A DNA stretch of 64,000 nt from contig CAZHSC010000007.1 of the NCBI GenBank assembly GCA_964534995.1, positions 2,570-66,569 on the forward strand, written 5' to 3'. Made by a program: the position numbers and the translations under genes. Source of the stretch: an uncultured Bifidobacterium sp. GTDB lineage: Bacteria > Bacteroidota > Bacteroidia > AKYH767-A > OLB10. The notes under the pieces were generated by a model. That model did not search any database. It had not been told where the DNA came from and worked only from the letters and a program-made list of their open reading frames with translations. This document shows, piece after piece, positions 19,598-29,137 of this stretch (position 1 is its first letter; each line of letters opens with the position of its first letter).

Positions 19598-20731
19598 ATG
19601 GGATACAACTTACGGCCTAGAAACAGGCAAAAATTAAGTACATTACAAAGAGGCACCCTGATAATTGGTGGCGCCTCCATGCTGGCCGTGATGGCATACA
19701 TGACAGTAATTTTCAACGCGGCTGATGTTGAAGATTCAAAGGCACAGTTAAACCTGCTTGCGGAGGATCCGATCAACAACGGAGAAATTGTACTCGGATA
19801 CAGTTGGGATACCGAATCTACCACAGCAGCGGATGCGGGACCATCAGCCACGGACATCAGTATCCACGCTGAATGTTTGCCGGGAGGAGTGGATAACTCA
19901 AGAGGGCTAAGTGCCGGTAATGCACTGAAAGATATAAACATGGTAATCCCTTCAAATGATGCCCTCAATGGAGATGGGCTGGATATTTCCATATACTTCA
20001 AACGAAAAGAAGATTCGGGAAATTTCTTCACACGGGGAAAAGACTTCAATTTCGGAATGAAAAACGGTAAGCTGATTATCAAGTACAAACTTACCGCCAT
20101 CAACGGAAAATCCTATATCATTCACGAAGAGACCCCATACGAAATTCCTGAAGATGATGTATTCAGAAACTACAGATTTATCTATACGCCGGCTACGGGA
20201 AAAGGTGAAATTCTGGTTGACAATGTTACCGTCTGGACCAACCAGGCAGCAGAAAACAACCGGCTTACCTGGAAATCAAGTGATGATATTTTAATTGGAG
20301 AAGGTGTGAACGGTGAGGGAAATGCTGTGCCCGTAATCGACAACCTGGTAATACGTAAAACGGGGAAATCAAGTCACTCTCCAATGAAACTGCTCAGTTT
20401 TACAGCCGAACTTGAAAACAATTACACAATGATCAATTGGTTTACGGCAAGTGAAAATGGTACGGAAGAATATATTATTGAAAGAAGTTCAGATACCAGG
20501 AACTACAAAGAAGTTGGGCGTGTAAAGGCGGCAGGAATCTCGCAAAGTTTAAAAGCTTACGCGCTGGTTGACAAAGAACCCTCGGTTGGCATTACCTACT
20601 ACCGGCTGGCCTTAAGCAATCATACCGCTCATTCCGTTTGGATACCGGTAATTGCCATTCGCCTGAAACCCGAACAACTGGTACAAGCCAAACCCATACC
20701 TCCAAATGCCTCTACAACGGCCGGACAATAA
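19598..20731 (+). CDS. Membrane-anchored hypothetical protein (possible concanavalin/LamG-like central region plus an Fn3-like C-terminal domain)
   Basis: The track starts at a TTG (19589); I prefer the ATG at 19598 (MGYNLRPRNRQKLSTLQRGT). It has a TM helix (LIIGGASMLAVMAYMTVIF). The C-terminal domain SPMKLLSFTAELENNYTMINW..YYRLALSN resembles the domain in the preceding giant protein. The LamG assignment is weak. Confidence 0.6.
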   Translation: MGYNLRPRNRQKLSTLQRGTLIIGGASMLAVMAYMTVIFNAADVEDSKAQLNLLAEDPINNGEIVLGYSWDTESTTAADAGPSATDISIHAECLPGGVDNSRGLSAGNALKDINMVIPSNDALNGDGLDISIYFKRKEDSGNFFTRGKDFNFGMKNGKLIIKYKLTAINGKSYIIHEETPYEIPEDDVFRNYRFIYTPATGKGEILVDNVTVWTNQAAENNRLTWKSSDDILIGEGVNGEGNAVPVIDNLVIRKTGKSSHSPMKLLSFTAELENNYTMINWFTASENGTEEYIIERSSDTRNYKEVGRVKAAGISQSLKAYALVDKEPSVGITYYRLALSNHTAHSVWIPVIAIRLKPEQLVQAKPIPPNASTTAGQ

Positions 20732-20753
20732 AACACCGAACAAATACAGTTTA

Positions 20754-20787
20754 AAATGCCACTTGAACATAAGTGGCATTTCTTTTT
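20754..20787 (+). terminator. Rho-independent terminator
   Basis: Stem AAATGCCACTT / AAGTGGCATTT (11 bp) with loop GAACAT, followed by CTTTTT. Confidence 0.8.
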
Positions 20788-20846
20788 AACGGCTTTGATA
20801 TACAATACCTTGAACCCTTTCCTGAAACACTCAATGTTTTAATAAT

Positions 20847-20854
20847 TACCTTTG
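20847..20854 (+). promoter_or_regulatory. Candidate -7 box (TAnnTTTG) for mscL
   Basis: TACCTTTG lies 24 nt upstream of the mscL ATG and downstream of the preceding terminator. Confidence 0.45.
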
Positions 20855-20877
20855 ACGCTCACACAAAAAAAATCGCC

Positions 20878-21312
20878 ATGGGATTTATCAAAGAATTTAA
20901 GGATTTCGCAATGCGCGGCAATCTCATCGACTTCGCTGTTGGTGTGGTAGTAGGCGGCGCATTTGGAAAAGTGACCTCTGCTTTTGTAGATGGTATTGTC
21001 ATGCCTGTAATCGGCAAAATAATAGGCGGTCAGGATTTTTCCGATTTAAAATTTAAAATACAGGAAGGGACAAAATCCGTCGTGGACTCCTCGGGCAATG
21101 TCATAAGCAAAGAAGTTCCGGAGGTATATATCAAATACGGTGAATTCATCACCACCGTTATAGATTTTATCGCCGTTGCCTTTGCTATGTTTTTAGTAAT
21201 AAAGGCTATGAATAAATTGAAAAACAAAGAAGCAGAAGCACCGGCTGCTCCTCCTGCACCCAGTAAAGAAGAAAGCCTGCTTACAGAAATTCGTGACTTA
21301 TTGAAAAAATAA
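20878..21312 (+). CDS. mscL: Large-conductance mechanosensitive channel MscL
   Basis: The track ORF (20773) runs through the upstream terminator. The ATG at 20878 gives [32 protein letters not shown], the canonical MscL N-terminus, and a 144-aa protein. Confidence 0.93.
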   Translation: MGFIKEFKDFAMRGNLIDFAVGVVVGGAFGKVTSAFVDGIVMPVIGKIIGGQDFSDLKFKIQEGTKSVVDSSGNVISKEVPEVYIKYGEFITTVIDFIAVAFAMFLVIKAMNKLKNKEAEAPAAPPAPSKEESLLTEIRDLLKK

Positions 21313-21343
21313 TCTAATCAGCCAACACAGCATTTCGAAGCTT

Positions 21344-22276
21344 ATGAAAAAAATATTAATCCTGATTCTGCTGCTCTCCGGTACATTTACATTGAAAGCA
21401 CAGAATGATACCATCTGGCGTACCGGCGGATTGTTTAATGTAAATTTTAATCAGGTGAGTCTTACAAACTGGGCTGCCGGAGGTCAAAACGCAATTTCAC
21501 TAAACGCCCTTTCCAACTTATTTGCCAATTACAAAAAAGGCAAAATTGCCTGGGACAACAACCTTGATATGGGCTATGGTATCATCCAGCAAGGCGACGA
21601 GAAAATCAGGAAAAATGACGACCGCCTTGAGTTTAATTCAAAACTGGGACTTGATGCCTATAAGGCCAGGATATATTATACCCTGTTATTTAACTTCCGT
21701 TCACAGTTTGCACCGGGATATAATTATCCACGAACCGACTCATCGAGATACATCTCCAAATTTGCGGCCCCTGCCTTCACTTTGCTCGCACTTGGTATTG
21801 ACTTTAAACCCAAAGATTACTTCTCTGTGTTTCTATCGCCGGTAACAGCCAGGGTCATTATAGTCAATGACGATTCATTGTCGGATGCCGGAGCTTTTGG
21901 CGTTGACCCGGGTGATAAATACCGCGCGGAAGTGGGTGCATACCTAAACTCCAGGTTTCAGAAAGACATCATGACAAACGTCAATTTCATGATGAAACTC
22001 GACCTGTTCAGTAACTACCAGGAAGATCCTCAGAATATTGATGTTAACTGGGAAATGCTACTCTCGCTGAAAGTGAATAAATTTATAACTGCATCACTCG
22101 GGGCCCAGTTGATTTATGACGACAACACACAAATCGGGCTTTTCAGGGAAGTAAATGGTGAAAAAATTCCAAAATTAAGGTCGGATGGTACCCAAAAAAC
22201 AGGACCGAGAACTCAATTCCGGCAGATTTTTGGTATCGGATTCGCCTATAAAATGGAAGGGTTTTCCGTTAAATAA
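21344..22276 (+). CDS. DUF3078-family outer-membrane beta-barrel protein
   Basis: 310 aa. Signal peptide ending LKAQ. The motif WRTGGLFNVNFNQVSLTNWAAGGQNAISL is characteristic of DUF3078. Confidence 0.8.
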   Translation: MKKILILILLLSGTFTLKAQNDTIWRTGGLFNVNFNQVSLTNWAAGGQNAISLNALSNLFANYKKGKIAWDNNLDMGYGIIQQGDEKIRKNDDRLEFNSKLGLDAYKARIYYTLLFNFRSQFAPGYNYPRTDSSRYISKFAAPAFTLLALGIDFKPKDYFSVFLSPVTARVIIVNDDSLSDAGAFGVDPGDKYRAEVGAYLNSRFQKDIMTNVNFMMKLDLFSNYQEDPQNIDVNWEMLLSLKVNKFITASLGAQLIYDDNTQIGLFREVNGEKIPKLRSDGTQKTGPRTQFRQIFGIGFAYKMEGFSVK

Positions 22277-22344
22277 ATTTTCTGATTAAGTCACCCTATC
22301 ACTACGTGGATGGCATAGATATCAGAAAACATAGTATATTTAAT

Positions 22345-22380
22345 AACAGGTTTGTTTGATAAACAAACCTGTTTTATTTT
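22345..22380 (+). terminator. Rho-independent terminator
   Basis: Stem AACAGGTTTGTTT / AAACAAACCTGTT (13 bp) with loop GAT, followed by TTATTTT. It ends only 6 nt before the next ATG. Confidence 0.8.
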
Positions 22381-22386
22381 GGCAGC

Positions 22387-25300
22387 ATGGCACTGGTCAT
22401 CTATAAATCGTCCGCCGGCTCAGGTAAAACCTTTACCCTGGTGAACCGGTTTTTACTAAAAGTACTGGAGAAACCCTGGCTCTTTAACAGGATACTGGCC
22501 ATTACCTTTACCAACAAAGCATCCGAAGAATTAAAAACCCGGATCATCAAAGAACTGGATATCCTTTCAAAAGGATTACCCAGCAGTCATCTTTCAATTA
22601 TCCTTAAAGAGTTACCCGGCTTTGAGGAACAGACACTCCGAAAAAATGCAGGAACGGTGCTCCTTAAAATTTTGCATGGCTACTCAACATTTTCAGTTTC
22701 CACCATCGACAGTTATTTCCAGAAACTGGCAAGAACCCTGGCCAAAGAACTTCTGTTGCCACTGAAATATGAAATAGAACTGGATACCGAATCCATATGT
22801 AAAAATGTGACGGAGATGTTACTGGAAGAGGCAGGGAAGAACAGAGAAATAACCCAATGGCTCGAAGACTTATTACTGCACCGCATTGACAGCGGTAAAA
22901 ACTGGAATATCAGATCGGAACTACTAAAAATGACCGCTGAAATCCTGAAAAATGATACTACCGGAACAAACATAACGGCTACGGATACAGGCAAACTGGT
23001 TCAATTGATTTCCTGGCTCAGGAAAAGTAAAAAAGAAATTGAAAATTTCATGCGCAATGCCGGAAAAAAAGGCATTTGCCTCATTGATGAACATGGGTAT
23101 AGCATTGATACATTTGCCTACAAAACACGTGGCCCGGCGGCCTACTTTGCCAAAATAGCAGATAAAAAAAGCGGACTCCATGAATTTGAAAATATAAATT
23201 CATATACCCTGAGCGCACTGGAAAATGCAGAGGCTTTCCTTTCAAAAAAACAGTTAAAGGAAGAGAGACTTCTTTCTTTTGTCGAATCTGAATTGCATCC
23301 TCAGCTGGTGGATGCAGTTTCCTTTTTCAGTGCCCACAAAGCAAAGTACATATCCGTTTCAGAAGCCCTGAAATTAATTTACCAGTCAGGAATTATTGCC
23401 GCGCTGGAAAACAAGATGAAGGAATTCAGAGAGCAACACCAGTTGTTTCATCTCTCCGACACTACCCGGATGCTCAGTAAGTCGATTGGCGATCAGGATG
23501 CGCCGTTTATTTATGAAAAATCAGGAAATACTTTCTTTCATGTATTCATTGATGAGTTTCAGGATACCGCAACCATACAATGGCATATATTGAAGCCGCT
23601 CCTGGTGAACTCATTGTCCACCGGAAATGAGGTGTTGATTGTTGGTGATGCAAAACAATCCATCTACCGTTGGAGAGGGGGAAACATGCAACTGATTCTT
23701 GAAGGAATCAGTAAAGAATTAGGCGTATTTGGCATAAAACCCCATATCAGAAATCTGGATACAAACTGGAGAAGTAAAAAAGAAATTGTGGATTTCAACA
23801 ATAAATTTTTTCCTCATGCCGCTACCTTCATCAGCCAACAATTTAACAGCGGAAGCGAAATTTTTCAATTGGCCTATGCTGAGGCTGAAGTACGGCAGCG
23901 CTTCAAGGAAAAAGAAGCGGATGGCGGATATCTGCAATTCAGATTTTTTGAAGGAGAAAAGGGCGGGGAAAAATCAGACGATATACACTGGAAGAAACAG
24001 GCGCTGGAAGAAATGTCAGCTCAGATCAATGTTTTACTCAGCAACAACTACACTTATGGCGACATTGCCATACTCGTAAGAAAAGGCACCGATGAAAATG
24101 ACATCGCCGACTTCCTGCTTGAAGAAGGAAAGCATCCATTTGTTTCCAGTCATTCACTGTTGATTTCAACCCATACAAAAATCAGAATATTGCTGAACTG
24201 TATGCGTTTGCTCGTACAGAAAAACGAAGCATTGTTGCATGCTGAAGTGAATCATTTTATGTCAAAACAGCAGGTAAGTCCGGAATCAACGGTTCCTTTT
24301 AGCAGAGAAGAAATCACAGGAGTACATTCCTGGACCCAGACACATCTGATAAAAGAGAAGGACACCCTGTGTGCACTGCCCCTGCTTTCCGCTTTGTACC
24401 GGCTGCTTGACCTCACCAAAATGAACTATACTGATCCGTTTATACAAAAGTTTTGTGATATTATACAGGAGTACGCGGAGTCTAAAAACAGCAATCTGTC
24501 GGGATTTTTGCAGTGGTACGATGAACACGCAGAGACCAGGAAATGGAGCGTTGAATTACCGGACGGTGGAGATGCCATACGGATCATTTCTATTCACCGC
24601 TCCAAAGGGCTTGAATTCCCCGTTGTATTTATTCCATTCATGAACTGGGAATATACGCCCTCGATCAAACAGATATTGTGGGTTCAGGGTGTAGAAGATG
24701 AATTTAAAAATTACGGAAGGATACCAGTAAATGCCTCCCAGAAGCTGAGCGAATCCTATTTTAAGGAGGATTACCTGAAAGAAGCAATAGAAAGTGCCAT
24801 CGACAACCTGAACCTGATGTATGTTGCCTTTACAAGGCCCGAAGAAAAATTATTTGTGTACGGGCCGGCAAAATCAAAGGAAAATGATGTGCTATCTGTT
24901 TTAATCAAGGTCTTTCATCAAAATGAAGAATGGGCATCAAAGTTCATTGAAAGCGAAGGCAAGGATGTGATCATTGGTGAATTTTTGCCAAAATCAGAAC
25001 AGTCAGAAGCCGGTAAATCATCAGGAATTTACGAGCCTTCTGCCTTTTCTGCTTCCACCCTCCCCTTAACCAATGACCCTCCATTGATTTTACCGCAAAT
25101 AACATATTCATTCAGTTCGGATGAAATTACTTTCGGAAATCTGATTCATGAAATTATTTCCGCAATGGATAAAAATGCTGTGCTTGATACTGTCCTGTTA
25201 AAGGTGTTGTCAAAAAATGGAAACCGGCCGTATTATAAATGGAAAAGTAAACTATACGGATCTGCTACTGCCATCCTGGATATACTGAAAGCAAAAGGAT

Positions 25301-25551
25301 GGACCGAAGAAGAGTACAGGATAGAAAATGAAATGGAAATATGTGATGAATCGGGTATGATTTACAGACCTGACAAAGTGCTTTTCAAAGGAGATTCCGC
25401 CATTGTTATAGATTTTAAAACCGGAAAAGCGGAACATAAACACCGGGAACAGGTAATGGAATACTGCAGGCTGATAAAGTCTTGCGGCTTCCCGGAGATT
25501 TCCGGATACTTATTATATACCTCTGACATGGAAATAGTTAATGTTTGCTGA
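22387..25551 (+). CDS. UvrD/AddA-like superfamily-1 helicase fused to a PD-(D/E)XK nuclease
   Basis: 1054 aa. Walker A SSAGSGKTFTLV, motif II FIDEFQDT, helicase motifs VGDAKQSIYRWRGG and SIHRSKGLEFPVVF. The C-terminal nuclease motif is YRPDKV...IVIDFKTGK. Confidence 0.85.
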   Translation: MALVIYKSSAGSGKTFTLVNRFLLKVLEKPWLFNRILAITFTNKASEELKTRIIKELDILSKGLPSSHLSIILKELPGFEEQTLRKNAGTVLLKILHGYSTFSVSTIDSYFQKLARTLAKELLLPLKYEIELDTESICKNVTEMLLEEAGKNREITQWLEDLLLHRIDSGKNWNIRSELLKMTAEILKNDTTGTNITATDTGKLVQLISWLRKSKKEIENFMRNAGKKGICLIDEHGYSIDTFAYKTRGPAAYFAKIADKKSGLHEFENINSYTLSALENAEAFLSKKQLKEERLLSFVESELHPQLVDAVSFFSAHKAKYISVSEALKLIYQSGIIAALENKMKEFREQHQLFHLSDTTRMLSKSIGDQDAPFIYEKSGNTFFHVFIDEFQDTATIQWHILKPLLVNSLSTGNEVLIVGDAKQSIYRWRGGNMQLILEGISKELGVFGIKPHIRNLDTNWRSKKEIVDFNNKFFPHAATFISQQFNSGSEIFQLAYAEAEVRQRFKEKEADGGYLQFRFFEGEKGGEKSDDIHWKKQALEEMSAQINVLLSNNYTYGDIAILVRKGTDENDIADFLLEEGKHPFVSSHSLLISTHTKIRILLNCMRLLVQKNEALLHAEVNHFMSKQQVSPESTVPFSREEITGVHSWTQTHLIKEKDTLCALPLLSALYRLLDLTKMNYTDPFIQKFCDIIQEYAESKNSNLSGFLQWYDEHAETRKWSVELPDGGDAIRIISIHRSKGLEFPVVFIPFMNWEYTPSIKQILWVQGVEDEFKNYGRIPVNASQKLSESYFKEDYLKEAIESAIDNLNLMYVAFTRPEEKLFVYGPAKSKENDVLSVLIKVFHQNEEWASKFIESEGKDVIIGEFLPKSEQSEAGKSSGIYEPSAFSASTLPLTNDPPLILPQITYSFSSDEITFGNLIHEIISAMDKNAVLDTVLLKVLSKNGNRPYYKWKSKLYGSATAILDILKAKGWTEEEYRIENEMEICDESGMIYRPDKVLFKGDSAIVIDFKTGKAEHKHREQVMEYCRLIKSCGFPEISGYLLYTSDMEIVNVC

Positions 25552-25590
25552 TTCGAAACATATGTTACGCGAAGCTAGCTATACTTTAGT

Positions 25591-25598
25591 TAATTTTG
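25591..25598 (+). promoter_or_regulatory. Candidate -7 box (TAnnTTTG) for pruA
   Basis: TAATTTTG lies 49 nt upstream of the ATG. Confidence 0.4.
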
Positions 25599-25646
25599 CA
25601 GGGATAAATTCGTGAAACGAGTGATTAGAAATTAAAAGAAAACTGT

Positions 25647-27278
25647 ATGTCTAATTCTATATTTAATGTTCCTGCCGCCGTTAATGAACCTGTCCTGAAT
25701 TACGCACCCGGCAGTCCCGAACGGAAAGCCTTAAAAGCGGCACTGGAAGCAATGAGGAGCGAGTTGATAGAAGTACCTATGTATATAGGAGGAAAAGCAA
25801 TCCATACCGAAAAAAAAGGTGAATTGCGTCCTCCACATGACCACCGGCATTTATTGGGTACATATTCCATGGGCGATGCCGGGCATGTTACCATGGCCAT
25901 TGAAGCCGCGCTGTCGGCAAGAAAAAAATGGTCGGAGATGGATTGGGAACAAAGGTCATCGGTTTTTCTGAAAGCCGCTGATTTACTGGCCGGCCCTTAT
26001 CGCGCTAAAATCAATGCCGCCACCATGCTTGGGCAGAGTAAAAACGTATACCAGGCAGAAATCGACGCTGCCTGTGAAATGATAGACTTCCTGAGGTTTA
26101 ATGTGGAGTATGCAAGGGAAATTTATACCCAACAACCGATTTCTTCCAAAGGCGTTTACAATCGTGTTGAGCAACGTCCACTGGAGGGCTTTGTGTTTGC
26201 ACTGACGCCTTTTAACTTTACCGCCATTGCTGGCAATCTCCCTACCTCTGTGGCCATGATGGGCAATACAGTAGTTTGGAAACCATCCTTTGCTCAGATT
26301 TACTCTGCAAGGGTGTTGATGGAAGTTTTTATTGAAGCCGGATTACCGGATGGCGTTATCAACCTGATTTATGTTTCGGGCAGCACAGCAGGAGAGGTTA
26401 TCTTTAACCATCCAGATTTTGCCGGAATTCATTTTACCGGATCTACAGGTGTTTTTCAGGATATCTGGAAAACGATTGGAAACAATATTCATAAATATAA
26501 AACCTACCCCCGCATTGTGGGCGAAACAGGCGGCAAAGATTTCATCCTTGCCCACCCAAGTGCCAACGCACAAGAAGTAATTACTGCCCTCAGCAGGGGC
26601 GCCTTTGAATATCAGGGACAGAAATGTTCAGCCGCATCTCGCGCCTATCTTCCTGCTTCGTTATGGCCGGAAATCAAGTCGGGTTTGCAGAATGATCTTG
26701 GCAGCATGAAAATGGGCCCTACCGAAGATTTTGAAAATTTCATCAATGCCGTGATTGATGAAAAAGCCTTTGACAAAATAACAGGGTATATTGAAAAAGC
26801 ACGGACAAGTCCGGAAGTGGATATCATCGCAGGCGGTACATTCGATAAAAGTAAAGGATATTTTATCGCACCTACCATCCTTAAAACCAACAACCCTCAT
26901 TATGTTACCATGTGCGAGGAGCTGTTCGGACCGGTACTAACCATCTATGTATACGAAGACAATACTTTTGAGGAAACATGCGGGTTGGTGGATAAAACAG
27001 GTATGTACGCACTTACCGGATCCATTATGGCCAGGGATAGATATGCGATTCAAACCGCAACGAGGTTGTTGGTTAACGCTGCCGGCAACTTTTATATAAA
27101 TGACAAATGCACAGGTGCAGTAGTCGGACAACAGCCTTTCGGAGGATCACGCGCATCAGGTACCAACGACAAGGCCGGCTCTCTAATCAACCTGCTGAGA
27201 TGGGTATCTCCGCGTACCATCAAAGAAACCTTTGTTCCGGCTACTGATTATCGATATCCTTTCCTGGAAAAAGAATAA
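25647..27278 (+). CDS. pruA: L-glutamate gamma-semialdehyde (1-pyrroline-5-carboxylate) dehydrogenase
   Basis: 543 aa of the aldehyde dehydrogenase superfamily. Carries the catalytic Cys context GQKCSAASR and ETGGKDF. The N-terminus (NVPAAVNEPVLNYAPGSPERKAL) is typical of stand-alone P5C dehydrogenases. Confidence 0.88.
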   Translation: MSNSIFNVPAAVNEPVLNYAPGSPERKALKAALEAMRSELIEVPMYIGGKAIHTEKKGELRPPHDHRHLLGTYSMGDAGHVTMAIEAALSARKKWSEMDWEQRSSVFLKAADLLAGPYRAKINAATMLGQSKNVYQAEIDAACEMIDFLRFNVEYAREIYTQQPISSKGVYNRVEQRPLEGFVFALTPFNFTAIAGNLPTSVAMMGNTVVWKPSFAQIYSARVLMEVFIEAGLPDGVINLIYVSGSTAGEVIFNHPDFAGIHFTGSTGVFQDIWKTIGNNIHKYKTYPRIVGETGGKDFILAHPSANAQEVITALSRGAFEYQGQKCSAASRAYLPASLWPEIKSGLQNDLGSMKMGPTEDFENFINAVIDEKAFDKITGYIEKARTSPEVDIIAGGTFDKSKGYFIAPTILKTNNPHYVTMCEELFGPVLTIYVYEDNTFEETCGLVDKTGMYALTGSIMARDRYAIQTATRLLVNAAGNFYINDKCTGAVVGQQPFGGSRASGTNDKAGSLINLLRWVSPRTIKETFVPATDYRYPFLEKE

Positions 27279-27427
27279 ACTGACATTTTAACCGGAGTAT
27301 GTTGCGACTTATTGTGATCGCAGCAAAATAAACCTTACTCCTTTATTCAGCAGTGATAATCCTGGAATTTAAAAAAATATTCAGGAATTATATTCTGAAA
27401 AGACATCGGTGAGCGGGTGGGCATTCA

Positions 27428-28375
27428 TTATTGTTTCCCGCTAAAATCCATACGCTCCGCGCTGTGTGTCAGTTGGAGAAATAAATCCTCCAATTGCCTC
27501 CTGGTTGCTACACTATAAATTTGAAAATTCTTTTCGACGAGCCCTTGTATCACAAGCGGAATCTGATTTTCATTCAGATGCATTCGCAAAGCGTTCTCAC
27601 TCCCGACCAGTGATGAAACTTCATGTCCTGAACTTATAAGATATGTACGAGCTTCATCCGGCCGGTCCACTTTTATCTCCACTACTTTATCACGGTCATT
27701 CAGCAGACTTTTCATTTCTCCCTGCACCACCAGTTTCCCTCTGTTTAAAATAGCGATACGGTTAGAAACCAGTTCAAGTTCATGCAAGATGTGGCTGGAA
27801 AGAAAAATCGTTTTCCCCTTCTCCCTGCTCAGAAATAAAATAAGTTCACGGATATCAATAATTCCCTGAGGATCGAGACCCGTGGTTGGCTCATCTAGAA
27901 TGATCAATTCAGGATCATGCAACAATGCCTGTGCAATTCCCAGCCTTTGCTTCATGCCATGTGAAAAACCCGCTACTTTATCATGCGCCCTGCCCCGGAG
28001 TCCAACAAAATCAATTATACTGTCAATTTCCTTATCTGCCGGTCGGAAGCCGTTATACCTGGCTAACAACTCAAGATTTTTCCTGGCGCTTAAGAATTTG
28101 TAGAAGTCCGGTTTTTCAATGATACAACCGATACGGTTCAGTATTTTTTTCCTGTTGATTTGAATGTCTTCATTGAAGATGCTGATAGAACCACTATCCG
28201 GCCTGATCAGCGTCAACAGCATGCGGATGGTCGTACTCTTTCCCGCACCGTTGGGTCCGAGGAATCCGAAAACATCCCCTTTAAATACATCCAGATCGAG
28301 GTGATCGACAGCCTTAAAGCCATCAAATGATTTTGAAAGCCCTCTCACAGAGATGACCGGCTCCATGCTATCCAA
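27428..28375 (-). CDS. ABC transporter ATP-binding protein (ABC-2/DrrA-like, with a C-terminal DUF4162-like extension)
   Basis: 315 aa. Walker A GPNGAGKST, signature FSHGMKQRLGIA, Walker B LIILDEP. No permease gene is adjacent. Confidence 0.9.
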   Translation of the reverse strand: MDSMEPVISVRGLSKSFDGFKAVDHLDLDVFKGDVFGFLGPNGAGKSTTIRMLLTLIRPDSGSISIFNEDIQINRKKILNRIGCIIEKPDFYKFLSARKNLELLARYNGFRPADKEIDSIIDFVGLRGRAHDKVAGFSHGMKQRLGIAQALLHDPELIILDEPTTGLDPQGIIDIRELILFLSREKGKTIFLSSHILHELELVSNRIAILNRGKLVVQGEMKSLLNDRDKVVEIKVDRPDEARTYLISSGHEVSSLVGSENALRMHLNENQIPLVIQGLVEKNFQIYSVATRRQLEDLFLQLTHSAERMDFSGKQ

Positions 28376-28859
28376 TGATCAATTTATCCAGAGGGTCCGT
28401 AGCCGCGTTAAAAAAATTAAGCAGCTTACCATGTTCATCCACCAGATATTTGCAAAAATTCCAGGTTGGGGCCTGCGAATTCCATCCGTTCTTTTGCGGG
28501 TTGCTCAGCCATTGGTACAAAGGATGCTGTTTTTCACCAATTGTATGAATTTTTCCGAACAAGGGAAATGTAACACCATAATTGGATTGACAAAATGCCT
28601 TAATGGTCATTTCATCGCCGGGTTCCTGTGCACCGAAATCATTACTTGGAAAGGCCAGCACAGCGACCCTGTCACCATAATTTTTATGCAATTCCTGTAA
28701 CGACTCATACTGAGGTGTGTATCCGCATTCAGAAGCTGTGTTAACAATCAACATTTTTTTTCCCCGGAAGGCTTCAAGGCTTGAAGTTCTTCCCTGGATA
28801 TCAACCACCGGAATATTGTAAATGCTTTCCGGCGGGTTAACATTTGAGGTATTCGTCAT
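28368..28859 (-). CDS. Glutathione peroxidase (Cys-type)
   Basis: The track ORF extends to 29000, but the first 47 aa have no GPx counterpart. M48 (start at 28859) gives a typical ~163-aa GPx with NTASECGYTPQY (Cys, not Sec), FPSNDFGAQEPG and WNFCKYLV. The start is uncertain. The stop overlaps the start of the ATPase gene by 8 nt. Confidence 0.85.
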   Translation of the reverse strand: MTNTSNVNPPESIYNIPVVDIQGRTSSLEAFRGKKMLIVNTASECGYTPQYESLQELHKNYGDRVAVLAFPSNDFGAQEPGDEMTIKAFCQSNYGVTFPLFGKIHTIGEKQHPLYQWLSNPQKNGWNSQAPTWNFCKYLVDEHGKLLNFFNAATDPLDKLIIG

Positions 28860-29137
28860 AGTATTTTCAGGAGATAAATATTTAATAATTCTATACACCA
28901 GCCCTTTCATCCTACGTGTATTTTTTATGACTTCTAACAATCCGGACTGATTAAAGTTTTGCAAATCCTCAAAAACACCATCCGTCTTGTCCAGCGCCAT
29001 TTCTCCTTTTGGTGTTCTCCATCGCTAAAATGCCGTTCCTTCCATCACTAAACAACAACTGAATTTTATTTGCGAAGATTGCTTTCATTGCATAGGATAC
29101 CTTTTAAAGGAATACCGATACCCCAATCGGCAGGAAC

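Noticed and set aside
19585-20103. 172-aa minus-strand ORF
   Set aside because: It is antisense to the 19598 gene and has no motifs. Other long antisense ORFs were rejected for the same reason: 16150..16611, 57400..57897, 62610..63221, 63595..63984, 29180..29620, 30044..30451, 10658..11008 and 12134..12520.
20773-20877. N-terminal extension of the mscL ORF
   Set aside because: It starts inside the upstream terminator hairpin, and the conserved MscL N-terminus begins at 20878.
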